A stretch of DNA of 24,379 nt from a virus (Duplodnaviria; Caudoviricetes). The notes below the pieces were generated by a model. It worked only from the letters and a program-made list of their open reading frames with translations, was not told where the DNA came from and ran no database searches. Numbering within the stretch: position 1 is the first letter of the stretch; each line of letters begins with the position of its first letter. Location: positions 1 to 24,379 of the IMG/VR virus record IMGVR_UViG_3300020045_010362. One strand, written 5' to 3'. Made by a program: the position numbers and the translations under genes. Shown here one piece after another: positions 8,280 through 17,342 of the stretch.

Positions 8280-10016
8280 TTAGGACAACCCCGTTCCGTT
8301 AATGTACCAACGTGTACTTGTAACCTTGCAGGCCGTCGCCACACCATTCTCTGCGAGTGTCCGTGACCCTGTTGTTCCTGCTCCGGCCAAGACCAACGTG
8401 TCACTAGTAATTGCGATGGTCACGGTGTTTTGGTCATTGATGAACGTGATGCAGGTCCCCGTGACGTAGGCTACGTTCGCATTCGAGTCGATGGTGAAAG
8501 TGCGGGGATTATCGTCGGTCGTCGGGTGGTAAATCATCTTCCCGGCATCACCTAAGACAGTCGTATAAGCCGCCGATTGTGAGTTCTGCGTGAGCGGCAC
8601 ATAGGCGCAAGTCCCGACAGCCCCCCCGCTGATTGCCGTCACCACGGTCGGGGCCGTGCAGCTCGTAGTAGTGATGTTCATATCCGCACTAACCACGGCT
8701 GCCCAAGATGGATTACCCGCTGCGCTGCCGTGCAGAATTGTGGTCGAGGAGCCTTGGTTGGCAAACTGTGCACTCGCTAGCGTTAGAGTCTTGCACGTTC
8801 CTACCCCTCTAGCGCTGATGTCTTCCACTACCTGATTAGTACAGTCTGTGGCAGTGATTGAAAGCTGCCCGGTTACCGGGTTGATGTCCACCCCGGAAAG
8901 CGTCATCTTGAATACGTTAGCGCTGTTGTTCGCTTTGCACTCAAATCCTGAGTGATCCGTAGAATCTGCCCAACAATAAACCTGCGACGCTGGGGGAGTT
9001 CCTGGTGCAGCCTCCTCCACAAAAAACAATGAGGGACCACCGGATGCAATAGCCCCACCCAGCGGCACCGCCGCTGATCCATCCCAAGTAAACTCCTGTC
9101 GGGTACACGCAGATGCTACAGGAGAAACAGTAGCTGCTGCAGAGAAGCCCGTAGGCCATGCGAAGGTACGCCCTCCTGTTCCATCCTGGCAGATGTTAAA
9201 TGCAAATCGTTGGCCAGTTGTGGGAGAGGCTAATGTAGAACTAGTTACATTACCCGTTAGCGTAATAGCCCAAGCACTTATAATAGATGTAGCAGTGAAA
9301 GTTGGAGTAGCAGAATAACTAACAGTAGTATATTGTGGGGTAACCGAACCACTTTGTACGGTCCAGGTATTTGTAGCTGTACAAGCAAACAAATTAGAAC
9401 CTGCTGTAGCATCGGAATCATAAAACATATCACCAACAACACAAGTACCAGGTGGCGAGGTTCCTACTTTAAGAGGAGCGGTACTAGCTGCTCCACTAGC
9501 ATCTTGACGGCCCGTAAAGGTGTTAGTTAGACCTAAAGTCGCAACAGTTGCACTTGAAGCGGGAAATGTAATTGTTACCCCGTCTGTACCTGTTAAGGTT
9601 AAGGTTCTATTAACTGTGAAAGTTTTACCATCAGCAATAGTAACTGTAGCTCCGGAAGCAGGTTCAGTCAAAGTTAATTTATTGATAGTACCAGGTAATG
9701 TGAGGCTAGATGGGATAGAGAAAGTACAAGTACCAGTAGTAGTTACTGTACAGGTTCCAGCCACAGATATCTGATTTGTAGTACCAGCAAGCGTAATAGA
9801 TGTAACTGTACCGGGATTAGAAGAACCGGTAAACTGTTCCCACCCTGTGCCTCGCACACATACAAATAAGTCCCCATTTACCTCGTTATATTGCATAACA
9901 GGGGCACTTGGGCAACCACCCCCAATAGGTGGGTCCATTTGAACTACTTGGACTGTTTGAGCATGACTAATACACGCAAAACCAATAAAACTCAATATTA
10001 ATATAAGTTTATTCAT
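8280..10016 (-). CDS. Fibre-like Thr-rich protein with signal peptide
   Basis: MNKLILILSFIGFACISHA|Q; fibre-type motifs GTVTSI, ICQDGTGGRTFAWP, NSQSAAYTTVLGDAGK and the C-terminal RWYINGTGLS. Confidence 0.75.
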   Translation of the reverse strand: MNKLILILSFIGFACISHAQTVQVVQMDPPIGGGCPSAPVMQYNEVNGDLFVCVRGTGWEQFTGSSNPGTVTSITLAGTTNQISVAGTCTVTTTGTCTFSIPSSLTLPGTINKLTLTEPASGATVTIADGKTFTVNRTLTLTGTDGVTITFPASSATVATLGLTNTFTGRQDASGAASTAPLKVGTSPPGTCVVGDMFYDSDATAGSNLFACTATNTWTVQSGSVTPQYTTVSYSATPTFTATSIISAWAITLTGNVTSSTLASPTTGQRFAFNICQDGTGGRTFAWPTGFSAAATVSPVASACTRQEFTWDGSAAVPLGGAIASGGPSLFFVEEAAPGTPPASQVYCWADSTDHSGFECKANNSANVFKMTLSGVDINPVTGQLSITATDCTNQVVEDISARGVGTCKTLTLASAQFANQGSSTTILHGSAAGNPSWAAVVSADMNITTTSCTAPTVVTAISGGAVGTCAYVPLTQNSQSAAYTTVLGDAGKMIYHPTTDDNPRTFTIDSNANVAYVTGTCITFINDQNTVTIAITSDTLVLAGAGTTGSRTLAENGVATACKVTSTRWYINGTGLS

Positions 10017-10017
10017 A

Positions 10018-10299
10018 TTATTTCTCTAAGACTGTAAACTGAATTGTACGCTCATCGGTCCTGGAACCTGATGTAACTATTTTATTGGTAACGTCATAGA
10101 CCTCACCAGCACTGCCACCACTTACCCAGACGGTAGCAGTGCCACTGGTTGAACCGGTTGCGGTACCTATAGTAATACCAGTATTAGTGGTAGTCCAGGT
10201 GCTAGATGCGAGTGTTTCTGTGCCTGTTAGCCAGTTTGTCCAGTCGATATAATAGTCTAATATCGCCGCAGGATCTTTTATGGTAAAGAAAGTGGCCAT
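10018..10299 (-). CDS. Phage fibre adaptor-like small protein
   Basis: KDPAAILDYYIDWTNWL...TATVWVSGG...YDVTNKIVT...RTDERTI is a widespread phage virion family pattern. Confidence 0.75.
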   Translation of the reverse strand: MATFFTIKDPAAILDYYIDWTNWLTGTETLASSTWTTTNTGITIGTATGSTSGTATVWVSGGSAGEVYDVTNKIVTSGSRTDERTIQFTVLEK

Positions 10300-10304
10300 G
10301 TTTA

Positions 10305-10313
10305 ATTATATCA
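10305..10313 (-). promoter_or_regulatory. Candidate extended -10 promoter (TGATATAAT)
   Basis: Sits in the 26-bp intergenic gap, 5 nt before ATG 10299. No good -35. Confidence 0.4.
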
Positions 10314-10325
10314 TAAACATAGTGC

Positions 10326-11930
10326 TTACGTTACTAAATTTCGACTTTGATTAGGTAATGCTGTAAAAGTTCTAATCGCAGGAAACTCTACTATTCTATA
10401 TAATCTGTTGTCTACTATAGTCGCAAAAGTTCTATTTTCTAAACTAGTTAATAACCTATATAACCGACCCTCCATTATAGTAGTAAATCTACGTTTTGCA
10501 GAAGGTTGCGGGGGAATTGGTACAAAAATATAGGATTTGCCGCCTATGGTTACCTGCGTGGTTTTTTGTATTAAACCCTTACCAACTTGAGTACGGGTTG
10601 TTACTATTTGTAGTCTCGTCTTGCCAGTCTGAATAGTAGCTATTGTGGTCTGTAAACGCGCTTTACCAGTCTGAATTTTACTAGTAGTAACTCCAATTCT
10701 ACTTAAACCAGTCTGGTTTTGGCTAGAAGATCCACTTACAATTGAAGCTAAACCATATTGATTTTTTAAGACAACAGTTTGAATTCTACTTAAACCGGTT
10801 TGAATCTTTGAACTACTATTTTGTATTCTAGATAAACCAGTTACTGTGGCTATTAATGATTTTTGAATTCTACTTAAACCTACTTGGTTATTTGTAGTAG
10901 TAACTCCAATTCTTGATAAACCTAGTACTGTTTTTGTTTCGATTGTTTGGACTCTACTAACTCCTAGTTGGGTGCTGGTGGTAGTAATCTCAACTCTACT
11001 CACGCCTGTTTGTAGATTACTAACTACCTTCTGAATACGGCTAAGTCCGGTCTGTGATCTACTTACAGTAGATTTAATCCGACTAAGCCCAGTAGTTGCT
11101 ACACTTGCAGTTTTTTGAACTCTACTAGTACCGGTTATTGTTTTAGTGGTAGTTGCGGATATTTTACTAACCCCCGTTTGGTTACGGGTAGTAGTATTTT
11201 TAATAGCAGCTTTGCCAGATTGGGTTTTAGTGGTAGTTGCTTTTATAGCAGACTTACCAGTAATTGTTTTAGTGGTAGTATTTTGCGCCCTAACTTCAAT
11301 AGCAACACCCCTATATACCCCAGATGTTGCCCAGGTTGCACTAGCAGTGGTTTCAAAAGCATCACTACGAAATTGAGCCTCAGCACCGGTAGCTGGGTTG
11401 TTAAAATTACCATCAGCACCAGCAGTTTCCGTCCAGTTAGCTCGGGGAGTTGTGGATTCATTTGCTAAGTGAACAAAAAAGGCTAGTGGACGATTATTTG
11501 TATCTCCAGCAGCAGCTAACGTTACACTGCCTGCTGTAGATGTACCTGTATTAGTAGGATTTTGTACAATAGCATTAGTGGCACTAGTTCCACCCCAACC
11601 TGTTATTTCAAATGCAATAACAGCAGCACCAGTTCGGTTTGAACCCCAAATAGCTGCAACAGCAGCATTAGTTGGAGATGAACCCACATTGGCGACCCAA
11701 ACTGACAGAATGTGGGTACTACCAAGGGTATTAGCGGAGAGTGTTAATTTAGTAAAACTAACACCATGACCGGTTACAGATGTAGGATCTCCTGGAGCAG
11801 AAGCTAGACAACCAACAACAAATGCTACAACTAACGAATTTGCTGCTGGAGTGTATGTGGGTGATGTTGTATAAGTACTTAAGGCTGTTGTACTATATAT
11901 AGACTGACGATATGTAGTAGTAAGAGCCAT
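10326..11930 (-). CDS. Fibre/spike-like virion protein: N-terminal beta-domain, 14-aa repeat shaft, Arg-rich C-terminus
   Basis: 534 aa, very Thr/Ser-rich, with tandem xxTxxQTGLSRIQx repeats; adjacent to the adaptor-like gene. Confidence 0.75.
   Translation of the reverse strand: MALTTTYRQSIYSTTALSTYTTSPTYTPAANSLVVAFVVGCLASAPGDPTSVTGHGVSFTKLTLSANTLGSTHILSVWVANVGSSPTNAAVAAIWGSNRTGAAVIAFEITGWGGTSATNAIVQNPTNTGTSTAGSVTLAAAGDTNNRPLAFFVHLANESTTPRANWTETAGADGNFNNPATGAEAQFRSDAFETTASATWATSGVYRGVAIEVRAQNTTTKTITGKSAIKATTTKTQSGKAAIKNTTTRNQTGVSKISATTTKTITGTSRVQKTASVATTGLSRIKSTVSRSQTGLSRIQKVVSNLQTGVSRVEITTTSTQLGVSRVQTIETKTVLGLSRIGVTTTNNQVGLSRIQKSLIATVTGLSRIQNSSSKIQTGLSRIQTVVLKNQYGLASIVSGSSSQNQTGLSRIGVTTSKIQTGKARLQTTIATIQTGKTRLQIVTTRTQVGKGLIQKTTQVTIGGKSYIFVPIPPQPSAKRRFTTIMEGRLYRLLTSLENRTFATIVDNRLYRIVEFPAIRTFTALPNQSRNLVT
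10521..11279 (-). repeat. 18 degenerate 42-bp (14-aa) coding tandem repeats
   Basis: From TTTKTITGKSAIKA to TTQVTIGGKSYIFV is 253 aa = 18x14+1, with an invariant Gly. Confidence 0.9.
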
Positions 11931-12460
11931 TAAACTAAGATGATTTCAGCTTTATGCTTTCTATCCTCAGTTTCCCAACCAAAATGATATTCGCATTCTT
12001 GGGATATTTCTTTTGTCTGGGTTGCATTAATTGACAAATCTTCTTGAACAATTCCTGATACGTTAAAATTATGTCTACGTCTTTTGAAATAGAATAACTT
12101 TAGTTTGGTATTAACAGGGGGGATTTCAACAAAGAAAGGTACTCCTACTAAAGATTGCTTACCTCGTATATGCTGTATTTCAAAATGGCCATCTCTAAGA
12201 TCAACCAGATATCTATGACTAGTATCTTCTAATTGAAATAATTCAATATCGGATCTTGTTACAACTTTATGATCATCTGAATATTGGATAGGTATTCCTG
12301 ACTCATCACAAATTAGTAATTCATAATAAGCATTACGATTAGGAAATCTTGGATGTAAATCATCTTGTGTTTGCACGAATATACTACCATCTTTAAATTG
12401 TGCAGTAAATAAGTATTTAAGGTGTAAGATACCCGGTGTTAATATAGGTGCGGCAAACAT
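11930..12460 (-). CDS. Hypothetical phage protein
   Basis: 176-aa ORF, TAATG-coupled to the next gene. Confidence 0.75.
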   Translation of the reverse strand: MFAAPILTPGILHLKYLFTAQFKDGSIFVQTQDDLHPRFPNRNAYYELLICDESGIPIQYSDDHKVVTRSDIELFQLEDTSHRYLVDLRDGHFEIQHIRGKQSLVGVPFFVEIPPVNTKLKLFYFKRRRHNFNVSGIVQEDLSINATQTKEISQECEYHFGWETEDRKHKAEIILV

Positions 12461-12461
12461 A

Positions 12462-12734
12462 CTAGTTATTGTTAAGTAGTTCCTTTAATTTATTTTCACT
12501 ATCAGTATGTTTAATGTTAAGAGCTTGATTAGTAAATTGGCCTTGATTTGCTTGATGGTGTTTATTTAAAGCATCAATTAAGTCCGATGGTTTATCAAAT
12601 AGCGGAAATTTTAGATTTCTACCACATTCACAACTGGCAAGAATCTCACTATTTTTAGATTCTACTACCAAAGTGTGTGCTTTAAAGTCTTGACACGAAG
12701 CACAGAAGATATCTTTTTTATTAATTTCCGACAT
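12462..12734 (-). CDS. Small Zn-ribbon protein
   Basis: CASC...CECG motifs; GGAG RBS. Confidence 0.7.
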   Translation of the reverse strand: MSEINKKDIFCASCQDFKAHTLVVESKNSEILASCECGRNLKFPLFDKPSDLIDALNKHHQANQGQFTNQALNIKHTDSENKLKELLNNN

Positions 12735-12745
12735 GGTATTTGCTC

Positions 12746-13297
12746 CTAGTTCTCATCATATTGCAATGTTAATGTAACTGTTGCCGTATCTCCAGCAGCA
12801 GCAGATCCAGTAGTTTGAAGTTGTGTAGTAAGATAACTGGTATAGCATGGATTAGTTGTCATAGAAGTGGCTTTACCAGTTGCTTCCGGGCCTGTTGCAC
12901 CAAAACACACAGTTCTACCAGATCCAATAGATATAGCACTAGTCATATCTGTAGTTAGATTAGCATCAGCCGATGTTGAAGGTGTTACATATAAATATCT
13001 ATCTCCATCACCAGTACAATTAGGTACACCTTTAAGTGTTAAACCTGCCCCAAAGGCAGTTGCAGTATGAGCAAATAACCCAGTTAAGATTTGATTAAAT
13101 GTCCCAGAAAAGTGACCAAATTGATTTTTTTGATAACTATTATTACCGGCAGTTATTGGATTAGACGTATAGGCTGTAGTAGCGTCATCAATATTTTTCC
13201 AATTCACATTGGTAACATTATGAGTTCTAGTAGTACCTTTAGCTGGTGATCCAGTTGCGGCTCCATTATCTTCATCAAATTCAAATGTTGCAGCCAT
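12746..13297 (-). CDS. Putative virion structural protein (beta-rich)
   Basis: Thr/Ala/Gly-rich, ending YLTTQLQTTGSAAAGD...LTLQYDEN; AAGGAG RBS. Confidence 0.65.
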   Translation of the reverse strand: MAATFEFDEDNGAATGSPAKGTTRTHNVTNVNWKNIDDATTAYTSNPITAGNNSYQKNQFGHFSGTFNQILTGLFAHTATAFGAGLTLKGVPNCTGDGDRYLYVTPSTSADANLTTDMTSAISIGSGRTVCFGATGPEATGKATSMTTNPCYTSYLTTQLQTTGSAAAGDTATVTLTLQYDEN

Positions 13298-13575
13298 TAT
13301 ATTTTCTCCTTTGTTTGATCTATTAAAGGAATTTGATCATTTGGTTTTGGTTGGGGTTCTAATATAACCGGCTTACTAGTATCCTCAACCCATACCTTAT
13401 AATCAGCAGGAATAGGAGCTGACAAGAACATATCCCGAATCTTTAAGGCCATCTTTTTGTTAAAATGTTCTTTTGAGCAGCCTAGCCCTGACTCACTCTC
13501 AACACAGACCCGAAAGTGATCCTTAGCAAGTAATGGGATTGCTAACAATCCCATTACGATCAGTAGTTTAATCAT
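13297..13575 (-). CDS. Small protein with signal peptide
   Basis: MIKLLIVMGLLAIPLLA|K; overlaps the portal stop codon. Confidence 0.7.
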   Translation of the reverse strand: MIKLLIVMGLLAIPLLAKDHFRVCVESESGLGCSKEHFNKKMALKIRDMFLSAPIPADYKVWVEDTSKPVILEPQPKPNDQIPLIDQTKEKI

Positions 13576-15836
13576 TTTGACGATCCTTTAGGTTGAGAGG
13601 CCGCTTTAGCAGCAATAGCCTGGTCAACAGCACGACTACGCGACTCTTCTTCAAATCTAGCAGCATCGGCTTCCATATCCATCTTTTTATGCTCAGAATC
13701 CTGAGCCATTTTAGCCAATTGTGGTAACAAGGTAGCCATTTGGGCAGCCTGTTCCTTTTGAGCCATCTCAGCTTTACTAGCCGCGATGGTTTGGGGATCA
13801 GCAATGATTTGCTCGATATCGTGGATATTGGGTCGGAAAGATTCCAAGATACGCCGGAGCAATGCATCCTGGTTGATATAGGGTAGCCATGCTTCTGGAT
13901 TCTGACCAATAATATTCATGAGTTGGACGAGGTTCTGTAGCATTTCAGCCTTATCCAATTGATCAGACAAACCGGTAACTTTTACATCATAGTTACCGGA
14001 AACCATCTCATAGATTTCAGGTTGGCTCATACCGGCTAGAATTTGCTCATCAATACCCAGCACTGCTGCTACCCTAGGATCATTAGCAGTATCAATGTAC
14101 TGCATAATAATATCGATAGCCATCTTGACGATGGGTCCAATAGCTTGGCGTTCGATATCAGCAGCCATAGCCCCAAAGAAGGAGTCTTGGTTTTGCTGGA
14201 TTTGTTCAGTTTCAGTAGCAGTTTGGGCACCGGACCACCGTGGCAGCGATTGTTGAATCTCACTAACCAATCCACCTTCTTGGTGGGCTCGGTCTAGCAA
14301 CCCAGCCACTGCTGTGGTACCCGGCGAAATATCCTCAAACTGCACCGGTTTAATACCGATATCCTGGTTACCCATTAACTGGTTTCGTCTCAACATCTTA
14401 CCAGGGGTAATACCATTACGAAGGTCTTCAGGATTTTCGTAAATATCGGGGGTATACTCAAATAGCGGCATCAACCGAAAAAGGAGTGTGTCAACACTCA
14501 TGTTAGTGATTTGATTAAGAGCACGGTCGATGTAACGGACCATTTCTACCAAACCCACACCCTCAGTCCGGAAGGGCAGACTCAATGGACTAAATCCAAC
14601 ATAAGGAGGAGCTTGGAACCAGAATTGATTTTTTCCATTCTTAAGCATCCAAGTGTCATTGGCAATGATAATATGGGCATCTTTTTCGATTACCACGCCA
14701 TCTAACACCAGCGGACCATAGAACTCGGTCAGTTTAACAGTGCCGGTTGAATCGTTAGGTCCAGAAGGCCCTCGCGGCATTTCACCAAACCTTAGGTAGG
14801 TTTGACGTTGATATTCCGGGATATTCATGGGCCCAATTTGCTTGATTAGTTCCGGGTCAAAAGCACCTTGCTGAGCCATTTCCAGCAATTGCCACTTAGG
14901 AACTTCCATTTCCTCAATAGTTCCTGACCAGGCGTTAAGTTTGGAGCCGGGTAACCAGTAGAAGTAGTAAGGATCAACAGCATTAAGGGCTAAGTGGCCC
15001 TCCATTACCTCTTCTTTAACTATTTGTTTAGTGGGGACTCGAATTGGGTCGATTCCCCCCATACTAGCGTTGAGGGAACCGGGAGGTAGCAAAGCTTCCA
15101 TGGGAAGCTGAGTGGGATACAAGGCATTCTGCTGGTTACCCAATTCTGGCCTAGATTGGCCAATTCCAGTAGGGGCCATAGTAGAGGCGGGCTGCTGCTG
15201 TGGGACTTCAGGGGCATCGGGACCCGTTGGTACTGTTCCTGCTAGGGTAGGAGGCAACATTCCTTGCTGAGCAGGTTGCATAGCCGCTTGATTAGCATCT
15301 ATCCAGGTGGTTTCTACCCGCATTCTGGTCCTAGGCATGACATTCCATCCTAGTTTCCACAATCCTAGACCCATAATGAAGCTACATTCCAAACCAGTGC
15401 CAAATTCATCTAAAAATTTAGCTTTATCCAGCAGCATTTTGGACAAGGAGGTCATTTTTTCTGACCTTAGGTTCCAAACTGCATCATCTGGGTTCTCAGG
15501 TTCAGCTCGATAGGGCTTTTTGGATAGATTTAGGAGGCGTTTAATGAGATTAGTGGCTTGTTTTACGGTGCCAAATGATTTGGGAAGGACGATTTTAGAC
15601 TGCCAATCCTCTTTATTACTAAAATCCTCTTGTCCCCTGTATAACGCCCAACATTCATTCCAAACATTTACTTTTTCGATACGTTCGGTTCGTAACTTAT
15701 TACGCCATGCTATAACATAATCACGTATTTTAGCATCTTCAGCAGAGACATTGGATAGATTAGTACCTGACTGAGCCGACGGATCGGTTAGAAGGTCGAT
15801 TGGGGTTCCATCTTGATAGCTTCGTTGTACCGGCAT
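13572..15836 (-). CDS. Portal protein
   Basis: 754 aa directly after the terminase nuclease gene. Motifs WQSKIVLPK, GLGLWKLGW, VDPYYFY, EFYG, FRTEGVGLVE, ITPGK and TATE, plus a Gln/Ala-rich C-terminus. Confidence 0.88.
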   Translation of the reverse strand: MPVQRSYQDGTPIDLLTDPSAQSGTNLSNVSAEDAKIRDYVIAWRNKLRTERIEKVNVWNECWALYRGQEDFSNKEDWQSKIVLPKSFGTVKQATNLIKRLLNLSKKPYRAEPENPDDAVWNLRSEKMTSLSKMLLDKAKFLDEFGTGLECSFIMGLGLWKLGWNVMPRTRMRVETTWIDANQAAMQPAQQGMLPPTLAGTVPTGPDAPEVPQQQPASTMAPTGIGQSRPELGNQQNALYPTQLPMEALLPPGSLNASMGGIDPIRVPTKQIVKEEVMEGHLALNAVDPYYFYWLPGSKLNAWSGTIEEMEVPKWQLLEMAQQGAFDPELIKQIGPMNIPEYQRQTYLRFGEMPRGPSGPNDSTGTVKLTEFYGPLVLDGVVIEKDAHIIIANDTWMLKNGKNQFWFQAPPYVGFSPLSLPFRTEGVGLVEMVRYIDRALNQITNMSVDTLLFRLMPLFEYTPDIYENPEDLRNGITPGKMLRRNQLMGNQDIGIKPVQFEDISPGTTAVAGLLDRAHQEGGLVSEIQQSLPRWSGAQTATETEQIQQNQDSFFGAMAADIERQAIGPIVKMAIDIIMQYIDTANDPRVAAVLGIDEQILAGMSQPEIYEMVSGNYDVKVTGLSDQLDKAEMLQNLVQLMNIIGQNPEAWLPYINQDALLRRILESFRPNIHDIEQIIADPQTIAASKAEMAQKEQAAQMATLLPQLAKMAQDSEHKKMDMEADAARFEEESRSRAVDQAIAAKAASQPKGSSK

Positions 15837-16759
15837 TATGGTTTTGCGTAGCCCCTTCCATCGGTTTTAATAGGAGTCATAGTTGGCCTAAAGGTTTTAG
15901 TTCCTGTTGGTATTGCCCATCTATTCACACTAAGTATATCAGAAACAACAGTTTCTTGCCGTTGTTTAGGTTGGCTAAGCATGAAGTATTTACAGTCATC
16001 TAGGGCGTGGTTATCTTTGTCATTGATAGTTTCCTTGAAGGAGGTTGTCATTAACTGGCGTTCGGATTGGTTGACAAAGATAGCCGTTTCGAATTCTCGG
16101 ATCAGGTTAGGACAGGTATCAAAGATACGAAAAGTGGGATCTTCCGCGTTACCCCAGTGTTGACGGATCATATTAATCCACGTATCTTCTTGATTATTAA
16201 TACCTTTAAGGAAATTGCGTACACCATTTTTCCAGAACAGATCCTGTATTGAGACGGGATTACCCACGGATTGTTGTTGACTATTGGACCAGCACGATGG
16301 GTCGGCAGCGATCCAACGAATGGAGTTCCAGTAGGGGAACTTTTTCATGTCTTCTACAAATTCCGGGATATTCGGGCACGGTCGATATAACTCATAGACA
16401 CAATAGGTTATACCATCCACGATGGTGTATACATGAAAGGAAGATGGGTTTCGGAGGCCATAGTCAAACCCACCCCAATACTTGATGTGAGGTCCAAAAT
16501 CCGGACAGGGACTCTCGACTACAATGGAACTCCGGATGGTTGTAATTTCCGGGAATACCTTGGCACCCATTACGGCGGTGTAATCGATATCGAGTTCACG
16601 AGCTGCTTGTTCTGGGGTCATTCCAGCAGCAGCTTCTTTCCTCCATTCAGGACTACGTTTGTTCGGATCGGCGGTATGATGCAATGTTATAACCGCAAAT
16701 TGGTTACCATCGTTCTTAACGATTTTAAGACCAACCTGCTCATGTAATAGTTTTGGCAT
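15836..16759 (-). CDS. terL: Terminase large subunit, nuclease (RNase H-like) domain as a stand-alone gene
   Basis: LHHTADP, ARELDIDY, GGFDYGLRNPS, IAADPS, CPNLIREF and DNHALDDCKY, with catalytic Asp residues. No Walker motifs. Confidence 0.85.
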   Translation of the reverse strand: MPKLLHEQVGLKIVKNDGNQFAVITLHHTADPNKRSPEWRKEAAAGMTPEQAARELDIDYTAVMGAKVFPEITTIRSSIVVESPCPDFGPHIKYWGGFDYGLRNPSSFHVYTIVDGITYCVYELYRPCPNIPEFVEDMKKFPYWNSIRWIAADPSCWSNSQQQSVGNPVSIQDLFWKNGVRNFLKGINNQEDTWINMIRQHWGNAEDPTFRIFDTCPNLIREFETAIFVNQSERQLMTTSFKETINDKDNHALDDCKYFMLSQPKQRQETVVSDILSVNRWAIPTGTKTFRPTMTPIKTDGRGYAKP

Positions 16760-17342
16760 CAATGTTTACGAAGTTGCAAGTAATAATATCTATGCTTGGG
16801 GGTTCAGCAACCGGGCATTTTCTAACTACCATCTCCACCGCAGCTTCCGCCCCACTAGCTGTTTGATCGGTATCGCCTTTGGAGTAGTCATAGCCGTTAT
16901 CCTGGATAGTTAAACTCATCAGTTTGTGACCAGGCATACAGTGTAAGAGATCACATAAATTTCTACTTACCGGACTCCAAGAGTTATCTTTGTGGGTAGT
17001 GAAAGTGTGTTTATGGTCGGAGTTATACCGACTTGGCCATTTACCCTGCTCATATAGATCCTCATCTGGAACTAGGATAATCATGTAACCACCAACTTTC
17101 AAGGCTTTCCACCAGATTGCCATAGCCACAGCGGGATCTTTAATATGTTCTAGGAGGTGGGAACTAACGATCCAATCGTACTTTTCCTCCGGTACACCCT
17201 GCAAGTATTGAGCATCACCTTGTTCCCGATCGAACCTATCACAGGTGTCGGTAATAGGGGCGGAACCACACCCAATATCTAAACCCTGTCCCTTTAGGAT
17301 ATCCGCGTAACGATGTCTAGCTTTATGTGATTCAGCGCCCAT
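16740..17342 (-). CDS. Class I SAM-dependent methyltransferase
   Basis: GLDIGCG, YDWIVSSHLLEH and LKVGGYMIILVPD. Confidence 0.9.
   Translation of the reverse strand: MGAESHKARHRYADILKGQGLDIGCGSAPITDTCDRFDREQGDAQYLQGVPEEKYDWIVSSHLLEHIKDPAVAMAIWWKALKVGGYMIILVPDEDLYEQGKWPSRYNSDHKHTFTTHKDNSWSPVSRNLCDLLHCMPGHKLMSLTIQDNGYDYSKGDTDQTASGAEAAVEMVVRKCPVAEPPSIDIITCNFVNIDAKTIT

Noticed and set aside
10521-11279. CRISPR array
   Set aside because: The 42-bp periodicity is degenerate and in-frame coding, without identical repeats or unique spacers; no cas genes.
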